From an uncultured Chthonomonadaceae bacterium (GTDB lineage Bacteria; Armatimonadota; Chthonomonadetes; Chthonomonadales; Chthonomonadaceae): a stretch of 64,000 nucleotides of DNA. This document shows positions 31,057 through 40,392 of this stretch, one piece after another. The notes beneath the pieces were generated by a model, which was not told the origin of the DNA, made no database searches, and saw only the letters and a list, made by a program, of their open reading frames with translations. The stretch spans positions 119,436 through 183,435 of the forward strand of contig CAWIEK010000009.1 in NCBI GenBank assembly GCA_963835065.1, given 5' to 3'. Position 1 is the first letter of the stretch; the number at the start of each line of letters is the position of its first letter. A program made the position numbers and the translations under genes.

Positions 31057-31593
31057 ATGAACATTTTAGCCATTTCGGGAAGCCTGCGCCGCGCTTCCTC
31101 CAATACCACGCTGCTGCGCGCGGCGCAACTGCTGGCTCCCGACGGCATGAACATTACGCTGTATGCGGGATTGGGCGATTTGCCGCACTTCAACCCGGAT
31201 TTGGAAGGCGCGGAACCGGAGGCAGTTCTCCAATTCCGCGCCCAAATTCAAGCCACTGATGGCGTGTTGATTTCCAGCCCGGAATACGCGCATGGCGTTC
31301 CCGGTTCGCTGAAAAACGCGCTGGATTGGCTTGTCGGCAGTGGCGAACTGGTGTATAAGCCCGTCGCCCTGCTCAACCCCTCGCCCCGTTCCACGTATGC
31401 GCAAGCCGCGCTCACCGAAATTCTAAACGTGATGACCGCGCAGCTTGTGGCGGACGCCTGCCTCACGCTTCCTATCGCGGGAACACCGCTGGACGCGCCC
31501 GCTATCGCCGCGCACCCGGAGTTTGCTCCTGCTCTGCAAGCCTCACTTGCCGCGCTGGTTCGCGCCATTCAAGCCAACGCCGCAGCCGCTTGA
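31057..31593 (+). CDS. NADPH-dependent FMN reductase
   Basis: ISGSLRRASSN, SPEYAHGVPGSLKNALDW. Confidence 0.92.
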   Translation: MNILAISGSLRRASSNTTLLRAAQLLAPDGMNITLYAGLGDLPHFNPDLEGAEPEAVLQFRAQIQATDGVLISSPEYAHGVPGSLKNALDWLVGSGELVYKPVALLNPSPRSTYAQAALTEILNVMTAQLVADACLTLPIAGTPLDAPAIAAHPEFAPALQASLAALVRAIQANAAAA

Positions 31594-31601
31594 TGCTGCC
31601 G

Positions 31602-31674
31602 GTAACTCTTCACCACCAAGACGCCAAGAACACCAAGAGAAAACAGGCCACTAATCTTGGTGGTGAAGAGTTAC
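31602..31674. repeat. Period-9 (CACCAAGA) hairpin between convergent genes
   Basis: GTAACTCTTCACCACCAAG...CTTGGTGGTGAAGAGTTAC, 19-bp perfect arms. Confidence 0.75.
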
Positions 31675-33851
31675 TGTTGACGCAGGCGTTTCAGGGCTTT
31701 TTTGGCGTCGGTATCGCCCTGCGCGGCGGCTTTGGCGTACCATTTCAAGGCTTCCGCTTTGTCGGCGGGGGTGTCTTCGCCATTTTCGTAGATGCCCCCA
31801 AGCACCGTTTGCGCCCATACAAAGCCCTGCCCGGCGGCTTTGCGCAGCCATTTGATCGCTTCCGCAGGGTTTCTTTCCACGCCCCGGCCCTCGAAGTAAC
31901 TGGTGGCAAGCAAACTCTGCGCTTCTGCGTCGTTCTGTTCCGCCGCCTTGCGGTACCAGATCACGGCTTCCACGCGGTCCCGATCCACGCCCTCCCCTTC
32001 CGCATAGCACAAGCCCAGCCGGGTTTGCGCGTCCGCGTAACCCTGTTCCGCCGCCTTGCGATACCAGTCCACTGCCTGTGCCGCATCCTTTCCGACGCCG
32101 ACGCCGGATTGATAGTGCCAGCCGAGCCTGTCTTGCGCGGCCGCATAGCCCTGATCGGCGGCTTTACGATACCATTGCAGCGCTGCAATCGCGTTTTTCG
32201 CCACGCCGTTGCCGTAATGGTAGGCTTCTCCAATGTTGCACTGCGCGTTCGCGTTGCCCTGCGCCGCCGCTTTGCGATACCACTTTAAGGCTTCCTGATA
32301 GTCCTTGCGGACGCCGGTTCCCCTGGCATAGCAGTCGGCGAGATAATCCTGAGCATCGCCATCTCCACTCTGCGCAGCCTGGCGGTACAACTGCACGGCG
32401 CGAGTTATGTCCTTGCCGACGCCCTCACTAAATTCATAGCAATAGCCCAGACTAGCCTGGGCGTCCGCATTGCCTTTTGCCGCCGCTTTGCGATACCACT
32501 GCACCGCCTGCGCGTAGCTTTTCTCCACGCCATTGCCATCGCGATAGCAGTGGCCGAGGTTGGTCTGCGCATCCGTATTGCCTTTTGCCGCCGCCTTGCG
32601 ATACCAGTCCACTGCCTGCTTGAAATCCTTGCCGACCCCTTTGCCTGCATAGTAAACAAAGCCCAAACTATTCATAGCCTCGACACTGCCATGCTCCGCC
32701 GCCTGGCGATACCAGCTTATGGATTCGGCGTAATCCTGCCCCGGGCCGTCTTTGCTGTACAAATCTCCGAGAGCGTCCTGCGCGTCGGCGTTTCCTTTAT
32801 TCGCCGCCTTGCGGTACCACTGCATGGCATCCGCCTCGTTTTTTGCGATGCCGTCCCCATCCCGCAAGCAGTGGCCGAAAACCAACTGCGCGTTCACATT
32901 CCCCTGCTCCGCCGCCCAACGGTACCAATGCGCCGCCAGCGCGTGGTTTTTGGGAACGCCGTTGCCGTTGAAATAGCACTCCCCAAGATCGTACTGCGCC
33001 CCTGCCACGCCCTGCTCCGCCGCTTTGCGATACCATTGCGCGGCCAGCGCATAGTTTTTGGGCAGGCCGGTTCCATCGAAGTAACATTCGCCGAGCCTGT
33101 CCTGCGCAAGCGCGAAGTTTTGCGCGGCGGCTTTGCGATACCACATCAGGGCTTGCGGCATATTCTTGCGCGCGCCGTCTTCCGAATAGACGCCAAGATT
33201 GAATTGCGCTTCCACGCTGCCTTGCGCGGCGGCTTTGCCGTACCATTTCACGGCAAGGTCGTAGTGCTGCGTGATGCCCCGCCCCCATCCGTAAGCGGCG
33301 GCAAGCGTGTCCTGTATCAGCCAATCGCCTTTTTTGGCTTCTTCCTGCATGTCTTGCAGCGCCCAACGGTACATTTCTTCGGCAGAAGAGGGATTCGGGC
33401 TGGGCACGATCCCCTCCTCATAGCACACGCCAAGATAATAGAGGCCCACATTGTCATGCTGTTCCGCCGACTTGTTAAACCAGTCGTAGGCTTCGCGCGC
33501 CCCATTGGGACTGTTTTTCAGGCATACTCCCATCATGGCCTGGGCGCGCGCATCCCCCGCTTCCGCAAGCGGGCGCAGCAGTTTCGCCGCCTTCTGCCAT
33601 TGCCCCGTCTTGAACACCTTTTCCGCAGCCAAATATGCCAACGCATGACGAAACGCGGGGCTGTTAGGCTTTAACCCACCCGCTTGCCCGGTCTCCGCCT
33701 GCCTCCGCGCGCCGATAAGCCCAACCCCAAATTTGCCCAACGATTGCCCGTTCGCAAGGCGGGGAATGCCCGCCACGCCCACAATTGCCGCGCCAACAGC
33801 AGCCATTTTCAAAACAAACGCTCGTAAAGCAAATTGTCTCTGCCACCCCAT
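31671..33851 (-). CDS. Secreted Sel1-repeat protein
   Basis: Many 36-aa AQxxLG.xY..G.GV.KD...A..WYRKAA.QG repeats; N-terminal signal. Confidence 0.93.
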   Translation of the reverse strand: MGWQRQFALRAFVLKMAAVGAAIVGVAGIPRLANGQSLGKFGVGLIGARRQAETGQAGGLKPNSPAFRHALAYLAAEKVFKTGQWQKAAKLLRPLAEAGDARAQAMMGVCLKNSPNGAREAYDWFNKSAEQHDNVGLYYLGVCYEEGIVPSPNPSSAEEMYRWALQDMQEEAKKGDWLIQDTLAAAYGWGRGITQHYDLAVKWYGKAAAQGSVEAQFNLGVYSEDGARKNMPQALMWYRKAAAQNFALAQDRLGECYFDGTGLPKNYALAAQWYRKAAEQGVAGAQYDLGECYFNGNGVPKNHALAAHWYRWAAEQGNVNAQLVFGHCLRDGDGIAKNEADAMQWYRKAANKGNADAQDALGDLYSKDGPGQDYAESISWYRQAAEHGSVEAMNSLGFVYYAGKGVGKDFKQAVDWYRKAAAKGNTDAQTNLGHCYRDGNGVEKSYAQAVQWYRKAAAKGNADAQASLGYCYEFSEGVGKDITRAVQLYRQAAQSGDGDAQDYLADCYARGTGVRKDYQEALKWYRKAAAQGNANAQCNIGEAYHYGNGVAKNAIAALQWYRKAADQGYAAAQDRLGWHYQSGVGVGKDAAQAVDWYRKAAEQGYADAQTRLGLCYAEGEGVDRDRVEAVIWYRKAAEQNDAEAQSLLATSYFEGRGVERNPAEAIKWLRKAAGQGFVWAQTVLGGIYENGEDTPADKAEALKWYAKAAAQGDTDAKKALKRLRQQ

Positions 33852-33905
33852 CGGCCTTCTTCCTTTTCTGCTTCATTCCTCATCCTTCATCCTTCATCCT
33901 TTTCC

Positions 33906-34889
33906 TCATCCCGGATACCAGATCACGCGCGGTTCGTCCGGGCTGCGCTCGTAGTTCCAGGCGCGGTCAATGAGCGCGGGCAAATCCACTTTGGGACGCC
34001 AGCCGAGCAGGAATTTGGCTTTCGTGTTGTCCAGCCAGGTGGATTGAAACTGCGTGGGAATGTCTACGGACGGCAGGCCGCGCGTTTGATGCAGGTATTC
34101 GGCCACCGCGCGGTAATTGACCGGCTCATCCATGCAGATGTTGAACGTTTCCTGCCGGGCGCGCGGATGGTCCAGCGCCATGATAATTGCCGTAATCAAA
34201 TCATCCAAATGCACGAAATTGCGCTGCATCGGTTCGCCGTTTGTATCCAGCATCACGGGAACGGTTTCGGTTCGGGCGTATTCCGCCGCTTTTTCCGCTT
34301 CAACCAAATCTTTCCAGCGCGGCCCGCCGAACACATCATCCTCAAACGACAGCGTATATTTGAAATCGTCCTTTTCCATGATCCAGGGCGCGCGCAGGCA
34401 GCAGCCATTCAAGCCGTACTGAACGTAATACTGCTCCAACATCACCTCTTCCAGCACTTTCGAGAGGGCGTAGCAGCCGGGGTACGCCGAATGTTTTTGC
34501 GTTTCCGTGACGGGCGCGGGAAAGCGATAAAAGAAATGCCCCATACCCGCGTCGCCGCCAAGCAGTATGAACTGCGTAAACGTTTCCGACTGACGGCACG
34601 CTTCCAGCAGCCAGAACAGCCCTTTCACTGTCACATCCATTATGGCGTCCGGCGTTTCCTTACAGGTCGCCAGATGCAGCACATGCGTCACGCCCTCCAT
34701 CGCCGCCTGCACGTCTGAGTGAACGGCCATATTGCCGGTGACGACTTCCAGCCCGTCGCGCTCCGGCAGCCTGCGGTTGTGGCACAAAGCGCGTACAACG
34801 GTGGGCGTTTCGCGCGGTTCCGACAAAAAACGATGCAGAAACGCCTGCCCGACTTTTCCCGTCGCCCCCGTCACTAAAATGCGTCGCAT
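33906..34889 (-). CDS. NAD-dependent epimerase/dehydratase
   Basis: ILVTGATGKVG; YALSK. Confidence 0.88.
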   Translation of the reverse strand: MRRILVTGATGKVGQAFLHRFLSEPRETPTVVRALCHNRRLPERDGLEVVTGNMAVHSDVQAAMEGVTHVLHLATCKETPDAIMDVTVKGLFWLLEACRQSETFTQFILLGGDAGMGHFFYRFPAPVTETQKHSAYPGCYALSKVLEEVMLEQYYVQYGLNGCCLRAPWIMEKDDFKYTLSFEDDVFGGPRWKDLVEAEKAAEYARTETVPVMLDTNGEPMQRNFVHLDDLITAIIMALDHPRARQETFNICMDEPVNYRAVAEYLHQTRGLPSVDIPTQFQSTWLDNTKAKFLLGWRPKVDLPALIDRAWNYERSPDEPRVIWYPG

Positions 34890-34938
34890 AATTTAATTGG
34901 TTCCTTTTAGAGCCGGCAGCCTCACGGTACGAACCCGG

Positions 34939-35274
34939 TTATGGAACGCTGACAAGGCGCTGCGTTTCGAGGTTCGATATTCTTGGAGGCACATCGCTTG
35001 CGGCATGCGCGAAAGCGCGGGCGGCTTCCAGGTTGGCGCGAATCTCCTGCAATGGCCCCGCCGCCAGGGTCGGAAAAACGCCGCCATTTTGCTCGGCCTC
35101 GTGCGGCGGCATTCGCGTCAGCGTGGAATAAGTCTCTGCTAAAGAATGTGCCGCCAGTACGCCTGAAATTTCGCCATGAACGATACGCTCCCGCCAACGA
35201 AAAGCGCGTTCATGGTGTTCGTGATTTTCCCTCAGAGACGCAATCATCACGGAAGTATCAGGAAGAACTTTCAT
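34939..35274 (-). pseudogene. PIN/VapC toxin N-terminal half fused to an unrelated tail
   Basis: MKVLPDTSVMIA..HEHHE..HSLAETYSTLTRMP; C-terminal PIN acidic motifs missing. Confidence 0.6.
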
Positions 35275-35398
35275 CCTCACCTCTCAATACATCGGGAAAG
35301 AACGAGCGCAACCGCTCCTCTCGCATTTCCGCAACAAAATCACGCTCCGCGTCTTCCGGCGACATTTTGCCCCCGCCTGCAATAGCCCAAAGCCCGCC
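35258..35398 (-). pseudogene. C-terminal remnant of an AbrB/VapB-type antitoxin
   Basis: GGLWAIAGG...DFVAEMREERLR overlapping the PIN start; no DNA-binding N-terminus. Confidence 0.4.
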
Positions 35399-35620
35399 CT
35401 AGTTGACAAGATGCGGTTGGACGTATTCCTCTTCTTCCTCTTCATTCGGGAGCGGCTCAATGCAGACATCGGCCTCTTGTATCGCGTCCTCCCAATCTGC
35501 CATCAGGGCATCCAATGCTTCGCCCATTGTCCTGCCAACGGATTGATACCTGCCTGCCGTTGCTCGGAATCCTGCGGTTTTCACGTCACTCTTGTCAATA
35601 AGCACAGAAACCATTGCCAC
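35399..35620 (-). CDS. Small hypothetical protein (HicB-like N-terminus)
   Basis: FRATAG..QSVGRTMGEALDAL; GGAGG RBS. Confidence 0.55.
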   Translation of the reverse strand: MAMVSVLIDKSDVKTAGFRATAGRYQSVGRTMGEALDALMADWEDAIQEADVCIEPLPNEEEEEEYVQPHLVN

Positions 35621-35771
35621 TGCTTTACCCTCCCATCATCAGAAATTCTCGTCGTTCGCTCTTACTCTAACGAAAACTCGTGTCGCTGTCAGCGCAACCT
35701 TCTACGTCGGGCCAGACGTTTTTTGTTCAACGCCGCCTGAGCGATAACGGTGCGGCGCATATGAGCCGCGA

Positions 35772-36047
35772 TCATTGCAGCACCGGAGACACAGGTTGAC
35801 GGCGCCCCTTGCGGCGTAACGGAGGCAGTTCTTTTTCCATTGCTGCAATCTCAATTTCTTCCCGCTCAATTTCTGCAAGAGTTTGTTCGAGACGTTGCAG
35901 CATTGCTTCTTTGCGGGTGATAATCTCTTCCCTTTTCCGTTGACTTTCTTCCAGTTCAAGCAGTTCGAGGCGTAAGCGTTCGTTATTGGCTTCAAGGCGT
36001 TTGTCGAATTCTTCGAGTGTCAGGGCTTCAAATCGCTTTACGGACAT
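35772..36047 (-). CDS. Small coiled-coil hypothetical protein
   Basis: GAGGAGG RBS; Glu/Arg-rich heptads. Confidence 0.55.
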   Translation of the reverse strand: MSVKRFEALTLEEFDKRLEANNERLRLELLELEESQRKREEIITRKEAMLQRLEQTLAEIEREEIEIAAMEKELPPLRRKGRRQPVSPVLQ

Positions 36048-36210
36048 GGACGGGTTCCTCCTCAACAGACTATGCCACAGAGGCATTCGGCAGTCGAGAG
36101 TGTCCGCCGGGTTGGGCTTTGCGCCTTCGCCTCGGATTTGTTTCCTCAACGGCGACGTACCAGCTGCTCAAACACCGGCAGATAAATTGCTCTTTTCTGT
36201 TCGACGATAT

Positions 36211-36573
36211 CTACATCACCGAAGCGAGGCCTGAATCTCGATGTAATGTATGCGGCTCCTGCAAATTGGAGCAAAGACGCTCGATGTTTTCGATGGGATG
36301 TATCCGCAGTTGGTTGCGGCTGTCTCCGTCAATCCAAGTCGATTCGATTTTCTCTAAAAGTTCTTCCGCCGTCCATTCCAACGGTACGCCGTATTTGTAT
36401 TCGTAACGGGTCAAGTCCCACCACAACTCGGTATTCTGCAAAAGCGGCTCCCACGCCCAGGGATTATCGAGTATATTCTGCGCAACCACCATTTCCGACT
36501 CGGCTTCGACAACGCGGAAACTGCGGGTATCTACGCCATCATCACAAACTGAAGTGATTAAGAAAAGCGGCAT
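36211..36573 (-). CDS. Hypothetical protein
   Basis: GAGG RBS; 120 aa with globular composition. Confidence 0.6.
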   Translation of the reverse strand: MPLFLITSVCDDGVDTRSFRVVEAESEMVVAQNILDNPWAWEPLLQNTELWWDLTRYEYKYGVPLEWTAEELLEKIESTWIDGDSRNQLRIHPIENIERLCSNLQEPHTLHRDSGLASVM

Positions 36574-36589
36574 CGTACTTGTTCCTCTC

Positions 36590-37075
36590 TTACGGAATGC
36601 TGTCGGCGCATTCTCTGCACACTATATCCAGTACGCCCAATAGTTCCGGCAAGTTGGTCATCGGGTAGATTGCGGACTCATAAATTTCGTTCGCGTCCGT
36701 AAGTTTGTAAAACTGCCAATCCTGCCCATTGCTGACAATGCCAAACACAGTGCCCTGATGATTTTCCTGCCGATTGGTCCACTGACACGCTACCATTTCG
36801 GCCACGCACTGCGCTGTCCTACGTTCGAAATCGTCTCGTTTCGCTTCCGTCACGCACAAGAGCGGAGTTTCCAGATAGGCGCGTTTCGGCGCGATGAGAT
36901 AATCGGCAATGCCCGTAAGCGTATCCGTTGCAATCAGAGCTTCTTTCCAGATACGGAGTTTGGGGTGCAAAGGAACAATGGCGGCAAAAATAAAATCTAT
37001 CAGCAGAACTTTCGCTGCCTCCGATTTCAGTGTGAAGGCCGAGTATTTCCGTTTTACTGCCTGTCCATTGCTCAC
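36590..37075 (-). CDS. PD-(D/E)xK restriction-endonuclease-like (HsdR N-terminal-like) protein, possibly internally deleted
   Basis: SEAAK.LLID, GIADYLI, VTEAKRDDF, AQCVAEM, GIVSNGQDWQF. Confidence 0.65.
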   Translation of the reverse strand: MSNGQAVKRKYSAFTLKSEAAKVLLIDFIFAAIVPLHPKLRIWKEALIATDTLTGIADYLIAPKRAYLETPLLCVTEAKRDDFERRTAQCVAEMVACQWTNRQENHQGTVFGIVSNGQDWQFYKLTDANEIYESAIYPMTNLPELLGVLDIVCRECADSIP

Positions 37076-37227
37076 CTGATTGCCCCTTCCCAACTAAAAC
37101 TCTCATCTAATGCTGTAAACACAGTCAATTCGAGATATGCTATGGGCCGGACAATATCTGCTTCATACTCTGCCGCCGCCCATTCCACTTGCGCCTGCAG
37201 GATGCGGCTTCGCTCCATTTCTGGCAT
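37072..37227 (-). CDS. 51-aa hypothetical protein, possibly an antitoxin-like fragment
   Basis: MPEMERSRILQAQVEWAAAEYEAD...ELTVFTALD; GTGA overlap with the next gene. Confidence 0.45.
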   Translation of the reverse strand: MPEMERSRILQAQVEWAAAEYEADIVRPIAYLELTVFTALDESFSWEGAIR

Positions 37228-37237
37228 GGCAAAAGGT

Positions 37238-38038
37238 CTACTCTTTCCAATCCGTCATATCCAGTACCAGGCTGCCGGATTTGGATTTTACAAAGGCGCG
37301 GGCGGTTGGCTCATCGAAAAAATGGGACTCGTCGAACAGGTGGGCGCAGGTTCCGTCACGGTCAAGGTTGAGTTCGCGCGCCCGCGCTAAAATGTCGCGC
37401 CAATTGCGGTTGCCATAGGAAGGCCATCGGATACCCGCCTGACAATAAGAGGCATCGGCGAAATAGCGCGCCTGCTGTTCGCCGCCCGGTTTGGCGCGGC
37501 GGGCATGCCACAGCGCGGAATGAACCAGCACGGCGGAACCCGGCGGCAGGTTATCCATCACGACGGTTCCCGGCAGAGTTGTTTCTCCGAGCAGGCGCAG
37601 CGCGTCGTTGCCCACAACCAGATTTTGACTCCGGGGCAGCGCCAGCAAATCGCCGATTTCACCATTCAAGCCGTTGAGGTAGTAAAAGAAGTGAACCATG
37701 ACATGCGAGCGGTTGGATTGCGGAAACTGCTCGTAATCCTGATGCCAGTGGACACCCGGCGTTCCCGCGCCCTGCCGGGCCGCATGAAGGTGGTGAAACG
37801 CGAACCCTTCGCCCATCACGTCCGTTACAATGTCCATCACGCGGGGATGACTGATAAGCGGTCCCAAATGTGGCATTTCACACGGGTAGGAACGCCGCGA
37901 ACCGGCAGGCGGCGGCTCCATCAACACGTCAATGTCGGCTTTCAACGCCGCACATTCCCCATCGTCGAAGAACCGCTCAAAAATCAAGTAGCCGTCCGTC
38001 TGAAAGGATTGCCGCTGCGCCTCCGTAAGCCGTTTCAT
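37238..38038 (-). CDS. Phytanoyl-CoA dioxygenase (PhyH) family Fe/2OG enzyme
   Basis: FQTDGYL, WHQD, GSAVLVHSALWH. Confidence 0.85.
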   Translation of the reverse strand: MKRLTEAQRQSFQTDGYLIFERFFDDGECAALKADIDVLMEPPPAGSRRSYPCEMPHLGPLISHPRVMDIVTDVMGEGFAFHHLHAARQGAGTPGVHWHQDYEQFPQSNRSHVMVHFFYYLNGLNGEIGDLLALPRSQNLVVGNDALRLLGETTLPGTVVMDNLPPGSAVLVHSALWHARRAKPGGEQQARYFADASYCQAGIRWPSYGNRNWRDILARARELNLDRDGTCAHLFDESHFFDEPTARAFVKSKSGSLVLDMTDWKE

Positions 38039-38189
38039 GATCGAGAATTCCTCCGGTACGAAAATAGGGTTTTAGGGTTTTAGGTGGTTAGGGTGTTCGG
38101 TATTGGGTGTTCGACATTCGGTATTGGGCTTGTATCTTCTGCCTTCTGCCTAACATCTAATATCTAATGCCTAACATCTTCCATGCCGC

Positions 38190-38519
38190 TTACTCATGAT
38201 CAAAAGGCGGGCGCTGCGGGGGGCGTGAAGAACCGTCGTTGGGCGGCGGGGGAGGCGGATAGGAATCGGAGAAGGGCGAAGGCGGAGGCCGTCTCTGGTT
38301 TTGCAATTGCTGCAGGCGCGCGATCTCGGCATCCCGAATGATAACTTGCTGGTGAAGCTGGTCGCTGACGCGCGCCTGCTGCAGCGCAAGGGGCAGGATA
38401 CACAAAAACGGCAGCAGCACACAGACGGCTCCCACAACCAGCCCGCCGCAGAAATACGCGAATGGTTTGGGAATTTTTACAGGGAATGTATCTGAGGAAG
38501 GTTCTACAGGGGAGGGCAT
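38190..38519 (-). CDS. Small single-TM protein with Pro-rich tail
   Basis: Hydrophobic helix then coiled segment and Pro tract. Confidence 0.5.
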   Translation of the reverse strand: MPSPVEPSSDTFPVKIPKPFAYFCGGLVVGAVCVLLPFLCILPLALQQARVSDQLHQQVIIRDAEIARLQQLQNQRRPPPSPFSDSYPPPPPPNDGSSRPPQRPPFDHE

Positions 38520-38531
38520 AGCGGTTGGTTC

Positions 38532-38912
38532 CTATCGAGTCTGGACCTCAGCGAAGCGCGTTTGCGGAGTGTCGGCAGTAATCGGCGGCGGCGAGGACGC
38601 TGTTTTTTCTTTGCGCAGCTTATCCGCGCGGCTATAAGGAACAGAGCGCCCGGACAAGTTGGGCATCGCCAGGCTTATCAGGCCGGAAAGCGCAATCGCC
38701 GCCGCCAAACCCAAAGCCGCCTGCTTCGCGCTCATATCCCGAATTTCCAGCGCGGCAGACGACAGCCTGCGCGTGGGCTGTACCGCTTCAGAGGCAGGCA
38801 GGGGCGGCACAAACCGCGTCCGATACTGATGGCCGCAGTACACGCAGCAGGCCGTTGTCAAACTCGTGGGCGTTTGGCAGCGCGGGCAGGCTTTTCGTAA
38901 TTGTGGCTGCAT
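38532..38912 (-). CDS. Zn-ribbon + TM protein
   Basis: CPRC...CVYCGH; AGGAG RBS. Confidence 0.6.
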   Translation of the reverse strand: MQPQLRKACPRCQTPTSLTTACCVYCGHQYRTRFVPPLPASEAVQPTRRLSSAALEIRDMSAKQAALGLAAAIALSGLISLAMPNLSGRSVPYSRADKLRKEKTASSPPPITADTPQTRFAEVQTR

Positions 38913-39076
38913 AACTTCTCTCCTCAGCAACAACTTCTTCGGCAAAACTTTCTTGTACAACAATTGCTGCTACAACAATCGCTGCATAGTACGCCATAGA
39001 TTGATGGTTTTCCTGCCGAAATGTTCAATTCCCCGCAGAATATACGGCATGAGAATAGAAATGCTTTGCAGGCGTT

Positions 39077-39367
39077 CTAAAGTATGCCCGATGCGCGGCG
39101 CTTGCGCCAGCCGGGAATTTTGTGCAGCGAGGGCGTGTCGGACTCTTCGGGAATGGAGCAGATCGTGCAATGGGGAAACTGACGCGCCAATTGCCGCGCA
39201 TCCCGCCAGTTCGGTTCAAACCAGACGCGCAATTCATAGCGGGCAATCAAATACGCGGCATGGCGCAGGTTATCCCGATAAAATAACTGCCCCGAAGTGG
39301 CCGGCGGGTTTACCGGGCGCAAACCGGAACCCGGCCAGCTATACATCATTCGTAACGGATCGGGCAT
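39077..39367 (-). CDS. Hypothetical protein
   Basis: AGGGAG RBS; 96 aa; no recognised motif. Confidence 0.35.
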   Translation of the reverse strand: MPDPLRMMYSWPGSGLRPVNPPATSGQLFYRDNLRHAAYLIARYELRVWFEPNWRDARQLARQFPHCTICSIPEESDTPSLHKIPGWRKRRASGIL

Positions 39368-39646
39368 ACGCTCTCCCTTTCAATCTTCCGTCAGTCTTCG
39401 CGCTGTCAATGGCAAACTAACCGGCGACTGTGCGCCAAAAGCCCCCACCCGCTGTACCCCCGAAATTCCACCACAGCCCCTAAAAGACGACCCGAATGGG
39501 CTGTCACTCCACTACACTTCCACAAAGCAATCGGGCAAAAACAAGGATGGGCAGTACAGGGTGATATTCCGGTAGACAGGCGTAAACACCCGTAAAAATA
39601 AAACAAAAAAGATGTAAAAAAGCAGTAGCAACGACCCTCCAGGCAC

Positions 39647-39728
39647 TTGACTTCGCGGCAGCGAACAAGTACAATGGTGTCGTTACGGGGTAACTATGGG
39701 GGAACTACAGGGGTACTCGTTGGAGGGG
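39647..39728 (+). promoter_or_regulatory. dcw/mraZ promoter with downstream G-rich direct repeats (candidate MraZ operator)
   Basis: TTGACT-N17-TACAAT (39647-39675), then four GGGG tracts at 39687-39728. Confidence 0.7.
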
Positions 39729-39810
39729 AAGCAGTGACCGGCTCCCAATCCAACCCCTCATCCCGCTTTTCTCAGTTGTTTTCGTTGCAGAAAGCGTTTC
39801 ACGCACCCGA

Positions 39811-40359
39811 ATGGCGATCAGTTCCCCTTCCCTACGCATGTGGGGGCGCTTCGAGCATAGCCTGGACGACAAAGGCCGTGTCATCGTGCCCCAAAAATTT
39901 CGAGACAAGCTCGGCGAGGAATTTGTCCTCACGCTTGGGCCGGGTCATCACATTCGCGTGTATCCCATGCCGATTTGGGAAGCGATGGAAGAACAACTCG
40001 TCAGCGTAGACGTTCACGACGAATTTAATCCCGACCTGGTGTTTTTGCAGCGCATGTTCGGCAACTGCGAATTTGCCAGTTCCGACCAGCAGAACCGGCT
40101 CTCCATTCCGCGCCATTTGCGCGACTGGGCCAATCTGCGCGAAAGCGACGCGGCGGTCATTATCGGCAACGGCACGCGCCTTGAAATCTGGAATCGCCCC
40201 GGCTGGGACGCTTACAGCAACGACTTTACGCCCGAAAACGCCGCCATCGCCGCCCGCAGCCGCAGAATCAGCGATCCGGCAACAACAGTAACAGGCGAAC
40301 GCGCCAACAGTCCGCTGACCGCCGCCGAACAGCCCGACGATGTAATTACGAAAAGTTAA
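39811..40359 (+). CDS. mraZ: Division/cell wall cluster repressor MraZ
   Basis: GRFEHSLDDKGRVIVP, DQQNRLSIP, IGNGTRLEIW. Confidence 0.93.
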   Translation: MAISSPSLRMWGRFEHSLDDKGRVIVPQKFRDKLGEEFVLTLGPGHHIRVYPMPIWEAMEEQLVSVDVHDEFNPDLVFLQRMFGNCEFASSDQQNRLSIPRHLRDWANLRESDAAVIIGNGTRLEIWNRPGWDAYSNDFTPENAAIAARSRRISDPATTVTGERANSPLTAAEQPDDVITKS

Positions 40360-40392
40360 TCATAACGGAACGTTGACAGTTGAGTTACTGCC

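Noticed and set aside
31671..33851. 108-bp DNA periodicity as a DGR template/variable repeat or mobile repeat
   Set aside because: Explained by Sel1 protein repeats; no reverse transcriptase in the window
35664..36117. attC-like sites (CTCTAAC...GTTCAAC at ~35664-35731; CCTCAAC...GTTGGGC at ~36060-36117) between small co-oriented ORFs
   Set aside because: R boxes are only loosely matched, the L boxes do not pair convincingly, and no integron integrase is present
38925..38986. Short ~15-bp ACAACAAT(T/C)GCTGC repeats upstream of the Zn-ribbon gene
   Set aside because: Only two good copies; cannot distinguish an operator from chance duplication
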